From NCBI RefSeq assembly GCF_026210795.1, contig NC_089429.1:6076001-6140000 (forward strand): a stretch of 64,000 nucleotides of DNA, in the 5' to 3' direction. This DNA comes from Rhizophagus irregularis (lineage: Eukaryota). Both the position numbers and the translations under genes were made by a program. Under the pieces are notes generated by a model that had not been told where the DNA came from, searched no databases, and worked only from the letters and a program-made list of their open reading frames with translations. Shown piece after piece: positions 50,822-64,000 of this stretch; the stretch's first letter is position 1, and each line of letters starts with the position of its first letter.

Positions 50822-51500
50822 GTGGGGAAGAAAATTTGTTGGTAAATAGCCGACTCCTCGTCGTTTTCCTCAAATATTTCGCTCAGGGCGTCAGCAATCT
50901 CGTCATCCTAACCACTACTTATATTCTTTGTTCTTGATATTCGTACTCTCCTATTTCTATATTGCTTAAATGCTCTTTCGGTGATGTCGAGTGTCGACGC
51001 CAAATAAATATTCAGTTCTTTTGTCTTATTAACTAGTTTCGTTTTAGAAAATCTAATTTATACTATTTTCATTATAGATTTTTCGTATAAGTTCTGTAAA
51101 TCGTTTGATTTCATGTTGATTCGTGTTCAAGTGCTTTTGGAATTTGAATATGCACGTAGTAACTATTCCTCTTATTAGGCCAACATACGTCCCTGACGCT
51201 CTTAGAAAATCTGCTATACGTTCGTCTTCTTCTTCCGGGTTCATGTTGGCCTGAAGTAAAATATCACTTTGCTCGTTTATATCTTTCTTCGCAAAGTTCT
51301 CCAAAACACCAAAGACTTCTTTTGACACGTTTATACCCATATTTTAAAACTTTTAATGAAAGTCCTATTGTAAAAGGTTTCAAAAAATAAATTTGCTGCG
51401 GATTTCTATTGAAAATGACAGAAAGCGGAAAGAGTTTTTCAGTTCTATCTCTTTTTGAGAGTTTTTGTTCGTTAGAAGATGTGTTTTGATTGCGATAACA
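50822..51500 (-). pseudogene. Frameshifted relic of an unknown gene
   Basis: Overlapping short ORFs 51053-51340 and 51264-51503, plus a coding-like tail DDEIADALSEIFEENDEES. Family not recognised. Confidence 0.4.
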
Positions 51501-51509
51501 CATTTAGGG

Positions 51510-52731
51510 TAGTGTTTCGATCCGGGCAGAAACCGTCATCCGGATAAATTAAAAAAAATATCCGGTTTCTATCCGGATTATCCGACTCGGATAAAAATCC
51601 GGATATATCCGGGTAGAAACCGAAATCCGGATAAAATTATTTAAATTTTTTTTACTGTAGATCATTTTTAATAAATAAAATTCGTGGCATTCATTTAATT
51701 TAATGTGGCATTTAATTAATTAAATATATGGCATTTAATTAACTACTAAATTCGTGGCATTTATTAAATTTATGACAATTAAATTTCGTGGGATTGATAT
51801 AAAAATTTATTTATAGCATTTATTTTTTTATTTATAAATTTAAGTACAGTTAGTTAATGTAGTCCTAAGCCCTAACCAAAATAAATAAATACTGTAATCA
51901 TTTTCTTGGATTTTTTTGTAATTTCACTTGAAACATATTTTTGAATAGTGGAAAATAATTCATAAAATTATGGAAAACAGTAACGTTCAAGATTATATTA
52001 CTCTAAGTGAAAATGAAGAGTCCAGTGATGAAGTTACAGAAATTACTCTAATACTAAAAAGAGGATGACCTAAAAAATTATCTAGGACACTTGGAAAATA
52101 AAGGATGATAAGTGCTAGTAAAATAAGTTAACTATACTTGAATTAACAAGTCAAATATCAAATAATCCAAATCCCTTTAAACTAACTACTACAATGACTA
52201 AACCACAAACAAAAGTGAGTTGGGTATGGGAATATTTTGTTAGAAAACAAAGTGAAAATGGAGAAATACGTGCATATTGTCAGTTTATATCAGATAATGG
52301 AGAAAATGTACAAAAAGTTATAAATATGATGGATCTGTTGTTAAGCATGGAATAACACCACCCACAGAACACATTATATCTGAAAACAAATCAATAATAA
52401 ATGCCGCGAATTTAATATATTAAATTCAAATTATGTGACAAATCTTGTGACATAACTTAAAATTTTTCCTTGTGGTTAACGAATAATTAAAACAATAAAA
52501 AAAAATATTTAAAGTAATCATATATAATATTTTAACTCATCTGAAAATATATGAAATGTTATGATTTAAATTTTTTTAAAATTTTTTTTTATTTTTTATC
52601 CGGATTCCGGGTCAATCTGACCATTTTTTATCCGGATATTTATCCGGGTAAAAACCGTAATTATCCGGATACCTAAAAAAAAAAATTATCCGGGTTTATC
52701 CGGTTGAACCCAGCAACGGATCGAAACACTA
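51510..52731 (+). mobile_element. Internally deleted hAT element (1222 bp) retaining a BED-finger relic
   Basis: 15-bp TIR TAGTGTTTCGATCCG; perfect 8-bp TSD ATTTAGGG; subterminal ATCCGG arrays; KVSWVWEYF...RAYCQ at ~52212-52283. Confidence 0.92.
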
Positions 52732-52799
52732 ATTTAGGGTGTAAATCAAGAATTAAGAGGACATCTATTACACGCGGTTAAAGCTAAATGTTGTATTCG

Positions 52800-52920
52800 C
52801 GGGGTTATTGCCGAAATATATTCACAATAAATTGCTTCATTACTTTCATCAATTGTCCCCATATTATTTAACCTGAGATGTATATCTTTAAGACAATGTA
52901 AAAAATAATCAATTTTGTAT
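52800..52920 (-). pseudogene. Fragment of a Glomeromycotina multigene-family protein (possibly Crinkler/REase-like)
   Basis: CLKDIHLRLNNMGTIDESNEAIYCEYISAI resembles the SNEAxRCEYISAI motif I associate with this expanded family. Confidence 0.4.
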
Positions 52921-54732
52921 TTCTTTATATAAATGATGCAATATTGTAAGACAAAAGCGAAAAAAAAATTTTTATTTGGTGCAAATTGTGGCATGTCTAT
53001 TATTCGACCAGATTCAACTCATGCTTCGTTAGCACCTTTCTCAGGTCTTTCTTAGTTCTGTATGATGAGGGCGATCTCAACTTTTTCTTTTTGCACTTCT
53101 TAGCAAAATTTGCGAGACTATATGCTAGACGACTAGACCACTAGGCATTCCCCACCTTTCATAACTTTCCTGAGTCAAGATAAGGAAACTACGACCTCTA
53201 ACCTCTCGCTTGCGAATTATTTCCAAATATTCCAAGTCCACCTCATCAAGTTCTAAGTTCTTTTTCAAGAATTTTGATAAGCTCCTCTGTTTTTTATTTT
53301 TTAATTTCTTCCGCTTTCACATATTTCGCTTTCATGGTATTTGTTTTCATATTGTTTGGAATTTTTTTTTTTTGGGTAAAAAAGTTTCGTAAAATTCTTT
53401 CTAAATTCTTTCAAAACACATGATTTCTCTTTTCTTTCTTCTTAATACAACACTTTCATTCTTTCTAAAGTGCCTATATATATAAATACCGTGCAATCGG
53501 GTATTAATTAAATTAATGAGATTTTATTTAAAATTTCTTAATACTCTTTAATCTCCTTAAAGAAATAATTCATTTCATATTTTCAAAAAATGAATTTTAA
53601 AGGGGACAGTGAATTAGTATAAAATGGAAGAAAATGTTAATAACCGTTCAATATCTGACGCAAAATAACGGTTTCATAGATTTTCATTGATTCCAATTTT
53701 AGGCAATGATGCCCTCAGTGATGACTTCTTTGACATAAATAAATATTTAAATATATTGTAAATCATTATAAGTCGAACCTTTGTGATGATTAAACTATCC
53801 AATGTATTATTTTATTATAAATTTAGAAATGTTAACTGTTAAGAAAAGTCAAAAAGGCAATTATTTGTTTTATTTGTTTTGCAACGTAAATATAAAATTT
53901 CTAAATGCAACCACCTGAAACAGGTGATTTTCATTGTGTGATACTGATCGCGTGACAGTCGTGACACCGACGAAATAAAATTTTTCTTTTTTTGGTATTC
54001 ACGTTTACAAAAAAAGAAAAAAATTAGTTGCTAAGAAAAGTCAAAATGTCAAAAGCTGTTTTTTTGTTTTGCAAATTTAAATTTATAATAAAGATGATTT
54101 TCATTGTATTGTCACGAATGTCATGCAGAAGCAAAAATTATCTTTTTGACCCTGTACGACATCCTTTTTTGACCCTCCTATATGTAATACAGTATATGCG
54201 GGTCAAAAAAAATAACACGAGGAGGTCAAAAAGGTAATTTTTGCCACGCAGAAATTTGAGCGTCCTGTTCACGTGACACAAACGAAATTAAAAAAAAAAT
54301 GAAAAAAAATAAAAAAAAAATCTTTTTCGTAAATTCTTGTCCAAAAATTACTGCAGATAAAACTACGTACAGAGAAAATAGAATGCAAAGGAAAACGACA
54401 TTCCAGAATTTACCAAAGACCTTGAAGAACAACACCTATTGTTTTTCTATATATAGAATATTTAAACGTAAAAGTTTTACAGTGCAATATATGGGAATTA
54501 ACAATATATAATATCTTACAGTTTCTAATTTTCGTTAGTATTATTCTGTTGAAAGATTTAAATGAAAAAATGTACAATATTGTGTAATGACTTTTTTAGA
54601 CTTTTTTTGTTTATTTTTTTGTTATAAATAGAAGAACTTTAGAGATTTTTTATGTTCAATTTTTGAACCCACTCTATATACAATTATTTTAAAGTCTTTT
54701 ATTTTTTTACATTTCAAGAAACTCTATACAAA

Positions 54733-56001
54733 ATGAATTTTATTCAGATTCAATCATATATAGGATTTTGGATAGGTGCAGTTGTTATGGTAAATCTTTT
54801 ATTTGAGTCAATTAAAAAGTTATTTCTTTAAATATCAATATTTTATTCTTTTTTATAGATATCTTTTCATAATTTGTTCATTTCGGTGATAATGTACAAA
54901 GCTCGTCAAACAAATACTTCGAATATGCTTAAAATTATTTTCAATTTTGGTAATATCATGCGTTATGGAACTATTCTCGGTCTTTATATGACACCAAAAA
55001 TAGCTACGCACACTCAATGTATTGCTCTTCTGGAAGTTACAATGATCGGAAATATTATAGTGAGATTATCATTATCAGCGTCCTTGTTATGGCGTTTAAG
55101 ACAAATACGTAACGTACAAAATCATAGGTTAGATAAATGGATAAGTATTATATTATTTTCAATAAAAGTTGCACTGTCGGTAGGTTTTTTGTTAATAATA
55201 GTTTACTCTCTTTATTAAATAATAATAATAATAATAATAATCCACTATTATTTTCAGATTCCATATCTTATTTTTCAACGGGCATCTACCGAATACGTTC
55301 CTGAAGTCGATGTAGTTATTTGTGATGTTGTCACTCCTAGTCCTCTACCTTATGCTGTTAGTGGAATTCTCGTGGAATTTCTTATCGATATATTTGTAAC
55401 TTTCCGCTTAGTTCAAATATTAGTCAGTGCTAATAAGAATGCTTTTCAACTATCAACAAATATTAAAAGCAAACGATCATTATTCACAGCTGTTATGTAT
55501 TGGAATTTCTTGCGATTATTCATATCTTTCATCTTTCATATTCAAGCTATTACGGATATTGTAAAATTCTCTTCCGAAGTACCATCATTTACTGTAAAAG
55601 GAATAATAACTATTGCATTATCTTATGTAATTACTACTGATGCTGAGATTGTTCGAATCATTGAGGGAAAAGATAAAAAAAAAGTATCAAGTGGTGGTTC
55701 GGCAGGAACCGAAAAATCACTCAAAAGTATACATAGTTCTCATTATAATAGTAACGATCTCCCTAAATATTCATCGCATGCTCAAACCAGTTCAACTCAC
55801 AGTCAAATTGAAAACAATAAAATAGCTGTTGTGTCAATGAAAAGATTGTCGTTCTTTGAGTGGGCAAATGTTGTAGTAGGGAAACGTCTCTGTAGAAATG
55901 ATGATGGAGAAGAATATAAAGAAGATAATAAATATGATAATGGGAATACGGAAGAAATAATAGATACTAGTCTTCCAAAATCATCTAAGATAATGATCTA
56001 G
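54733..56001 (+). CDS. 7-TM GPCR-like membrane protein, ~373 aa, 3 exons
   Basis: Exons 54733-54789, 54859-55179, 55258-56001; GT-AG, frame open. Seven hydrophobic segments, Cys at the top of TM3 (TQCIAL) and in ECL2 (VVICD), LWRL at the end of TM3, S-rich tail. Confidence 0.85.
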
Positions 56002-57519
56002 AAAAAGATCTTTCATATAATCGAAGTAGTAGTAATTTTAGTGGCGTACCTTCAGTAACAGAAATGTCAGCGCTTGATGAAAATCGTTGTTATCCAATAG
56101 TTTATAATTCTATAACTCATAATTCCATACCACGAACAATTTTTAAAAATATAAAAAATTAGATAGTATTTATTCTTCATTTATTTAGTATTTTGTATTT
56201 CTCTGTCTATTTTTCTCCACTTTACTATTTCTCCTTAGAAAAATGTATATTATTATATTATAGATAGCACTCTTTTCTGCATTTATTTATACATAATTCT
56301 TAATTACGTTATAAATGTATAATAAATTATAATCTTCGCAAAGCGAATAATTTTACCTTTAATTAAAGTTATTCCTATAATCAGTTTCTGCTTTTTCAGT
56401 AAATACAGTATACGAATTGGCTAGTATGCTGTGTAACAGAAATAAAATGCCAAGTCTTTATGAACAAAAAAATGGAAATGAACGTGCATAAAAAAAAAAA
56501 TCTTAGTTAGTTTAGCACTTTAGCTCGTATTACAATGTTCTAGTGCTTATTTTGTAAACACCCTCTTAATTTCTTTATTCACTAATAAAAATCCACATAT
56601 TTTTCATTGGTTTTCCTACTTTTTACCTTGTTCTTCACTACTCTTTTTACATGTCTTTTCATGCGATTATGAACGACAATAATAATTTGAAAGAGCAGCT
56701 AGAAATTTAAAAAAAAACAAAATGATATGAAAAAAAAGGAAAAAAAATGCGAAAAATTAATTAAAAAAAATACAAAAAATTAAAAAAATAATTTATTAGA
56801 AAAAAACAATTTGTTTTTCTATTTTTATTTCTAGAAGAGTAGTTATCGGTATCTATAACATTAACAGTATATATATACATAAAGGAATACAGGGACTATT
56901 CAGGTTATTAGAATTGCGAATCTAATCCCACAAAGTAGTTATGCAAGACCTCACCCTTCGAACTAAACTATACTGGTAGGAAAACTACGCTACTACCAGC
57001 ACTGAGAATTAACGTAATTTGCATCTTAAAAATTTTTTATATATTTTTTACGCGAAATCACGTGACTTCGATTAAAAGATGCAAAATCCCAATACTTGAA
57101 TTTCTTCCAACCCTCTTCTTTATCCTTGCTTTTTCTTCTTCGTCTCCTCGTTCTTCTTCTTCTTCGAAATTCGTGGCTTAATTTACATTTTTTCTTAAAA
57201 ATTTTAGATTCTATTTTACCATCTTTTCATGTAGGCGCAACTTCATCTTCAAATCCAGCATCTACTTCACTACTATTAGCGTTAGTTACTTCAGCAAAAT
57301 CCACTACAGCTGCTTCTACGCTGTTGCACTTAAATATAAATCCAATTACAGAGAATAAACTTGAAGTATGAGTATTAATAGTGTTGAAACTATTGGAACT
57401 ATTGGGACAATGGATTCCGATCCTTGAAGAAATTACAAATACAATATCATCGTGAAGCTATGTCAATAGGACATGAAATTTAAAGTGAGGCTGCACGCCA
57501 GGACCTTCAAATTTATAGT

Positions 57520-57830
57520 ACCACTCAAATGGAAAATCAAATGAATAAGAAAAATAAAAGCCAAAGAAATATGAAGTAAGAGATTTAGTGAGAATTTCTA
57601 TTCCAAAAAATGATCGTCCCACACTTCCAGATGTAAAATCATACATCTCTTAGGATCAAAATTTGGGATTATTGAATATTAGTTTATATTATTCACCCGG
57701 AGAAATTGAGCCACTTGGTATAATGTCTTTCCCTAAACTCTGAACTTAGCAATTTGCCTTCTAAAAAAATTGTCAGAGAAGCTGCACGTTTACAGTGTGC
57801 TGGACCAGTTACAGGTACTATTTGTAGTAA
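57520..57830 (+). pseudogene. Relic of the C-terminal part of a Ginger/SCAND3-like integrase-type transposase
   Basis: EVRDLVRISIPKNDR...LGSKFG...YSPGEIEPL...VREAARLQ...GTIC, frameshifted. Confidence 0.5.
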
Positions 57831-58265
57831 AAATTGTGAAATAAAAATTATACACAGTGCTGTTTTTAATAAAACTTTATTTAACTAAATGCAATACAAA
57901 TACTATACAGCAAATATAAATCAAAAGTTTGTCCTACAATAAAAAATAAATGACTAAAAAACTCTGAACATAAATTCAAATATTAAATACCCTTCCAATA
58001 ATTCTGGACGTTAATTTCAAGTCTCCAAATTGAAATCTGCAAAAAAGGGAAGTAAGATGTTCTTGACAACACTTTCAAAAATACCTTATTCAAGAGTCTC
58101 GAACGTCAATCCAAGCCTTTAAACCTAAAACTTATAAAAAAAAAAAGTAAATACCAATATGTGTCCTTATTTTCTCATTCTTTATCCATCAGAAAATATC
58201 GTAATGTTGCATTTTTGCAATATCTGCAGTGATAAAATAAATGTTATAAAATCGATAGTTTTATA

Positions 58266-58497
58266 GGACCCCGAACAATATATAAATAGGTCATAGAAAA
58301 TTGGCAAAATTTTACTATTAGCTCTACGCATTTTTTCAGGGCCGGAATTATGATAATGTCAGTCAGTTACTAAATAAAGTAATATATTTCTTACCAACGT
58401 TATCAAAATTTATCTAAAAAAGGAAAGATTTTCATGATTATTTTAGCCTATTCTACGCGTTATTTCTTGTTACCTATTTCAGTATTGCTCGGGGTCC
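58266..58497. mobile_element. MITE (~232 bp), superfamily ambiguous
   Basis: TIR (TA)GGACCCCGA.CAATA. The flanks share AGTTTTAT, which can be read as a 6-, 8- or imperfect 10-bp TSD depending on where the TIR starts. Confidence 0.75.
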
Positions 58498-59797
58498 TAG
58501 TTTTATGCATGTTAAAAGATAATATAAAATTTTACTCTAGAATTGAAAGAAAGGTCGGAAAGGAGTTTGAAAATATTTGATACTAAGAATAAATTAAGCA
58601 TCCGATAAAGTTAAATTAATCATAATTTCTCGTTCGCTGTCAAACAATATAGTTAAATCGAATTTAACTAGTGTAGCGACAAATGACAGATGAATTATCA
58701 TTTACATTTGCCGTTTGGTTTTAACTGGTTGATTGACCAATTAAGACAATTAACCGCTGGTTAAAGCATCTTAAATTTTGGTTTTATTATCAATATTGCC
58801 AATCACCTGTATTCTAATTTCTAAAGGGTCAAAGGTAAAAATGTTGTGGCGTATTTACACCTGTTCCATACAATTTAACAAAAAATAGAGCATACGTTAC
58901 TTTTCCTTAAACTTTGCCAATTATTTCAACTTTTTAATTCATTTTTAACCTGCAGTAGTTTCGAACGATCCATTACATTTTCGCTACATTAGATTTTAAC
59001 ATATTGGCTGATATAAATTTTACCAAATTACGTTTATAAGATAGCCGATAAATGAATTCACTTTAAGTTTACACGTTTGTAATTTTAAAGATTACTAAAA
59101 ACGATTTTTAATAATTCATAAAAAAAAATTTCAATAATACAAACCAAGTCGTTTATTATCTCATGTCCGAATTAATTTAATCGATATACTTTAAACTAAA
59201 AATTGTAACTTTTAAATTTATAGAAATTTTATTGCTCTCTATTGTAATATAAAATAAAATAGTTATTTTACAAAGAATATTTATTCCAATATTTTCAAAA
59301 TATTCATTTAATTCTGTATCAACCTATTAAAATCTTCGATGGTAGAATTAGGCTAATTCCGGCCAATTTTTCCATGTTCCATACAAAATACCTAATTTTT
59401 TTAAATACGAGGTATTTTAGTCAGTATAATACGGTAAATATTATATCCTAAATATTGAAGAATGATAAGTAATAATATATATTCCTTAACTTATAAGATT
59501 TCGACATTGTGTTTTGGTGGAATAGAAACTATTTATCATAAACCAGGCGTCTTTCAAGGCCGGAATTATGTAATGCTGGCTATATTTCCAAAAAAAGAAA
59601 GAGTGGAATGAAATTACTAATTGTAAAACGTTATACAATCGGCATGTTGATGATCTCAATGTAAAGGCTCTTTTTTAGGATTAAATGTTTGAGGCTGACA
59701 TTAAGTTTAATGAGACAATGACACATTTACTATAAAAATTATTTGTTTTCTACCAAACGATAAAGCAACTAATATGGCACTTATTTTTACAATAAAT

Positions 59798-60665
<868 letters not shown>

Positions 60666-62169
60666 TATAATTAATGACATGACTTTTGCATTTTTCAATG
60701 CGCCTATATATATATTTTTTTATTTGGTTACTAGCTTCATTAATAATAACTAAATAATTATTTTCTCAAGTGAAATTATCACAACTGATATGGTTATTGA
60801 AAGTTATAGGAAGTAATTATAGAAAGAAATTTATTTACTTTAAATAAAGTTAATAATTATTATAATTATTAATAATTTCAAATTATCAAAATAATTACAC
60901 GACTTAGGATGTAAACCGCCATCGGAGATTGCGGTCATTTCGACTACAATTATAATAATATTTATTTCATATTTATTACTTCGAAGATAAAGTAAATTTT
61001 ATATATACAAAAAATCTTTTGTTACCGAACATTAAAAAATTATTTTGTTAAACATTGTGATAAACAAAGAAATTCTTTTCTAGGATTCATTAAAATATAA
61101 ATAAATACTTAGTCGCATATGCACCAAATCTATGGACTATGGAGTTCGCAAATTCATGTGCTGTTATATCAAAATTATTACCACAGCTGAGGAAAGGAAA
61201 TTTTTTTTATTTTTTAAAAAAAAAGTATTATAACAATCAATTTTATAAAGATATAAACCAAAAGATGTATAATAAATTTATAGAGAATACTTATTAATAT
61301 GTCCTTATTATTGGTCCTTGTTATTGGGAATTTTTTTTAGTTAATGCTAAGGTTAAAAAATTGCGACCAAAGGCCGTAAAATTTGAGTAATAAAAATTCA
61401 ACTTTTTTAACTTTTTTAATAAATATTACATACCGCTTGTTTCATCGCATTTAATGATATACAAAATTTAAAATATTTAACATACTTCAACGGATTAATG
61501 ATAGTTTTGATGATTTAGACTTGTGAAAATAGATTTTTAATTTATCTATCAAATTATATTTAATTTAATTGATTAAATTCAAAGAATTTTTTTTTTATTA
61601 TAATTTATTCAATACATTTTCATTTTTATTTTCTGCTAATTACAAATATTCATTCTAACTACTACTACTAATGATCCAAAAAATTTTTTTCCGAATAGTA
61701 CTGTAGTATAACGATGATGAATTATTTGATTAAATTTCTAATAAAATTTCATAAATATTTATTTGTTCCCATAAATTTTGTAACTATGAAAATTAGAATT
61801 ATGATAATTTTCGTTTACTAATAATATTCATCATATTCATCGGTATCGCATGACAATTCCGTTACGGATCGACAAGACGACAAAGGGGAAAAGCCATATG
61901 ATAACAAAATTTATAATGATAACTCATTTAAGTAAAGCAATTTTTTACATAATAACTAAATCATCCAATTTAATTTTATGATTTTATATTTAAAGAAAAG
62001 TCCCATTCTTTTCAATGCCTACTAAGTAATATAATGATGTCATTTAAGTAAAAGTAGTTTATTTATTACAGAATTGAGTTAGAAATAAAATATCATTATA
62101 TAAATTTTAGCAAACAATTTTATAATTTATTATTATCAAAGCATAATATTGCTAGAATGATTAAATGAT

Positions 62170-62945
62170 TATGGAAAGCCGTCCTTGACAAAAGGTTGAT
62201 GTCCAAACATCATGAAATATAATGTTTAGACATCATGATGGTATGTCTAGACATCATGTTTGATATATGTAGGATGATGTTTGTACATTATTTAACATGA
62301 TGTGAAAGACATCAACCAACATGATGTCTAGACATCATGCTGATCAAATTACCAAATATAGTATATTTATGAGTTACACAAAATAAAATTTACTATATTT
62401 GGTAACATGATGTCTAAGACATCATGTCGGTTGATGCTTGAGCACCATGTTGAATGATGTACAAACATTATTCTACATATATCAAACATGATGTCTAGAC
62501 ATTATCCAACATGATGTCTGGATATCAACCTTTTGTCTATGGAAAGCCGTCCTTGACAAAAGGTTGATGTCCAAACATCATGAAATATAATATTTAAACA
62601 TCATGATGGTATGTCTAGACATCATGTTTGATATATGTAGGATGATGTTTGTACATTATTTAACATGATGTGAAAGACATCAACCAACATGATGTCTAAA
62701 CATCATGCTGATCAAATTACCAGATATAGTATATTTATGAGTTACACAAAATAAAATTTACTATATTTGGTAACATGATGTCTAAGACATCATGTCGGTT
62801 GATGCTTGAGCATCATGTTGAATGATGTACAAACATTATTCTACATATATCAAACATGATGTCTAGACATTATCCAACATGATGTCTGGATATCAACCTT
62901 TTGTCAAGGACGGCTTTCCATATTTGTCAAGGACGGCTTTCCATA
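62170..62945. mobile_element. IS3EU-like MITE (385 bp), outer copy
   Basis: TIR TATGGAAAGCCGTCCTTGACAAAAGGTTGAT; 6-bp TSD AATGAT (62164-62169, 62946-62951). Confidence 0.9.
62538..62922. mobile_element. IS3EU-like MITE (385 bp), inner copy inserted in the right TIR of the outer copy
   Basis: Near-identical to the outer copy; own 6-bp TSD TTTGTC (62532-62537, 62923-62928). Confidence 0.9.
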
Positions 62946-63167
62946 AATGATGACTTCACTTATGCCGATCAATTGTAACCCAGGTTTATACTATACTATT
63001 TATAGAAATTTTTTAATGAATGTTATACATGTTGTACAAGAGTTTATTTGCGAATATATATACCCGAACTCCGTTACTTTTTTTTTTTTTTACGCTTCAA
63101 TTTATTAAAGTAATAACGTTATTTGTTATCTTTGAATTTAATAGGTAGATTGCAATCTATATATATA

Positions 63168-63718
63168 CAGTAGGCGATCAAAAGTATACGGACACCTTGT
63201 TTTACGAAATTATGTAGATTACCATATGGTCATATGATACGAATAACACATGATTTTGAATTTAGGATCATGATAAACAAATGCACTTAATTTTTCAGAC
63301 TTTCCTTTATTAGTTAATTTTTTATCAAACATGGAATCATTTGCACTAAAATCATCAAAAACATTAAGATTAGGAATCTGGTTTTAAACTTACTGAAAAT
63401 CTCTGGGCAGATATAAAAACAACTATTTACCTACTTTCTGGCATACTTCACTATCATTTTAACTTAAAAAAAATAATAGAGAATGCACAAAAAAAAATAT
63501 TTCTTCAAGAATATTATAAGAAAACTAATCAATATGATGCATGGAAAATTGAAGTAATTCCTGCCATAAATTAAATTATTAGCGTTTATATTTATATGTA
63601 ATTCAATAAATGAAGATGAAATAAATATGTTTACTTTATATTTTAGTTTTATTTTATATTAAATGTATGAGAATTTTTTTAATTTGAGAGGTGTCCGTAT
63701 ACTTTTGATCGCCTACTG
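63168..63718. mobile_element. Tc1/mariner-type MITE (551 bp)
   Basis: Perfect 30-bp TIR CAGTAGGCGATCAAAAGTATACGGACACCT; TA flanks within a (TA)n run. Confidence 0.92.
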
Positions 63719-63737
63719 TATATACAACCCAAATCGT

Positions 63738-64000
63738 ATGGAAATATTCAAAATGAATTCTAAAGAAAATCTTAAAAGTTTATGGAAGAGATACGATGAT
63801 GAATATCAGGTAAAACAGTTCACATTATTACTATTAATAACATTATTTTTTAAATAGTAATAGTTTTTTTTTTTAATTATTTATTATAAAAGGATCATGT
63901 CATTACAAATTCTACTATAGATCCAACTACTGAATTAATAGAAGAGGCAGCTGAAAAAGTAGTTTATATGAATGACTTAAAAAAAGGAAAACAAGTATAT
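63738..64000 (+). CDS. 5' end of a gene, probably a TKL-family protein kinase (runs off the right edge)
   Basis: Exons 63738-63809 and 63893->64000 are in frame. The translation ends with YMNDLKKGKQVY, resembling the DLEKRK.VYG.C..C lead-in of Glomeromycotina kinases. The kinase domain itself is not visible. Confidence 0.55.

Noticed and set aside
50822..51500. Possible endobacterial (TGA=Trp) insertion next to the AIG1 gene
   Set aside because: The frames are broken by TAG/TAA stops and frameshifts as well as TGA, and no bacterial gene features are evident.
59354..59568. 11-bp inverted repeat TAATTCCGGCC upstream of the E2-like gene
   Set aside because: Too short and without a TSD to call a MITE.
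62170..62945. Regularly recurring catgatgtctagacatcatg units resembling a CRISPR array
   Set aside because: The units are internal palindromic subrepeats of two nested MITE copies. The intervening sequences are duplicated rather than unique, the context is eukaryotic and there are no cas genes.

Overview
Very AT-rich, intron-rich eukaryotic DNA. The gene families and transposon landscape point to an arbuscular mycorrhizal fungus (Glomeromycotina, Rhizophagus-like); this is an inference from family motifs, not a database result. Manual splicing gives about nine genes. These are two paralogous 7-TM GPCR-like genes at opposite ends of the window, a 9-exon two-TM protein with a DEG/ENaC/P2X-like layout and a 10-nt microexon, a Kelch-propeller single-pass membrane protein with PPxY motifs, two intronless F-box/LRR genes, an intronless AIG1/GIMAP GTPase, an intact Ubc4-like E2 gene whose catalytic Cys is replaced by Asn, and the start of a probable TKL kinase gene. 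The rest is nested transposon debris: RNase H-type LINE fragments (two with clean TSDs, one split by a 3.9-kb insert) and MITEs with TIR/TSD signatures of hAT, PIF/Harbinger, MULE, Tc1/mariner, Kolobok, CMC-like and IS3EU-like elements. One IS3EU-like MITE has jumped into its own TIR. A non-coding microexon/intron array and a strong excess of TCACGTGA sites are also present. No rRNA, tRNA or CRISPR array was found.
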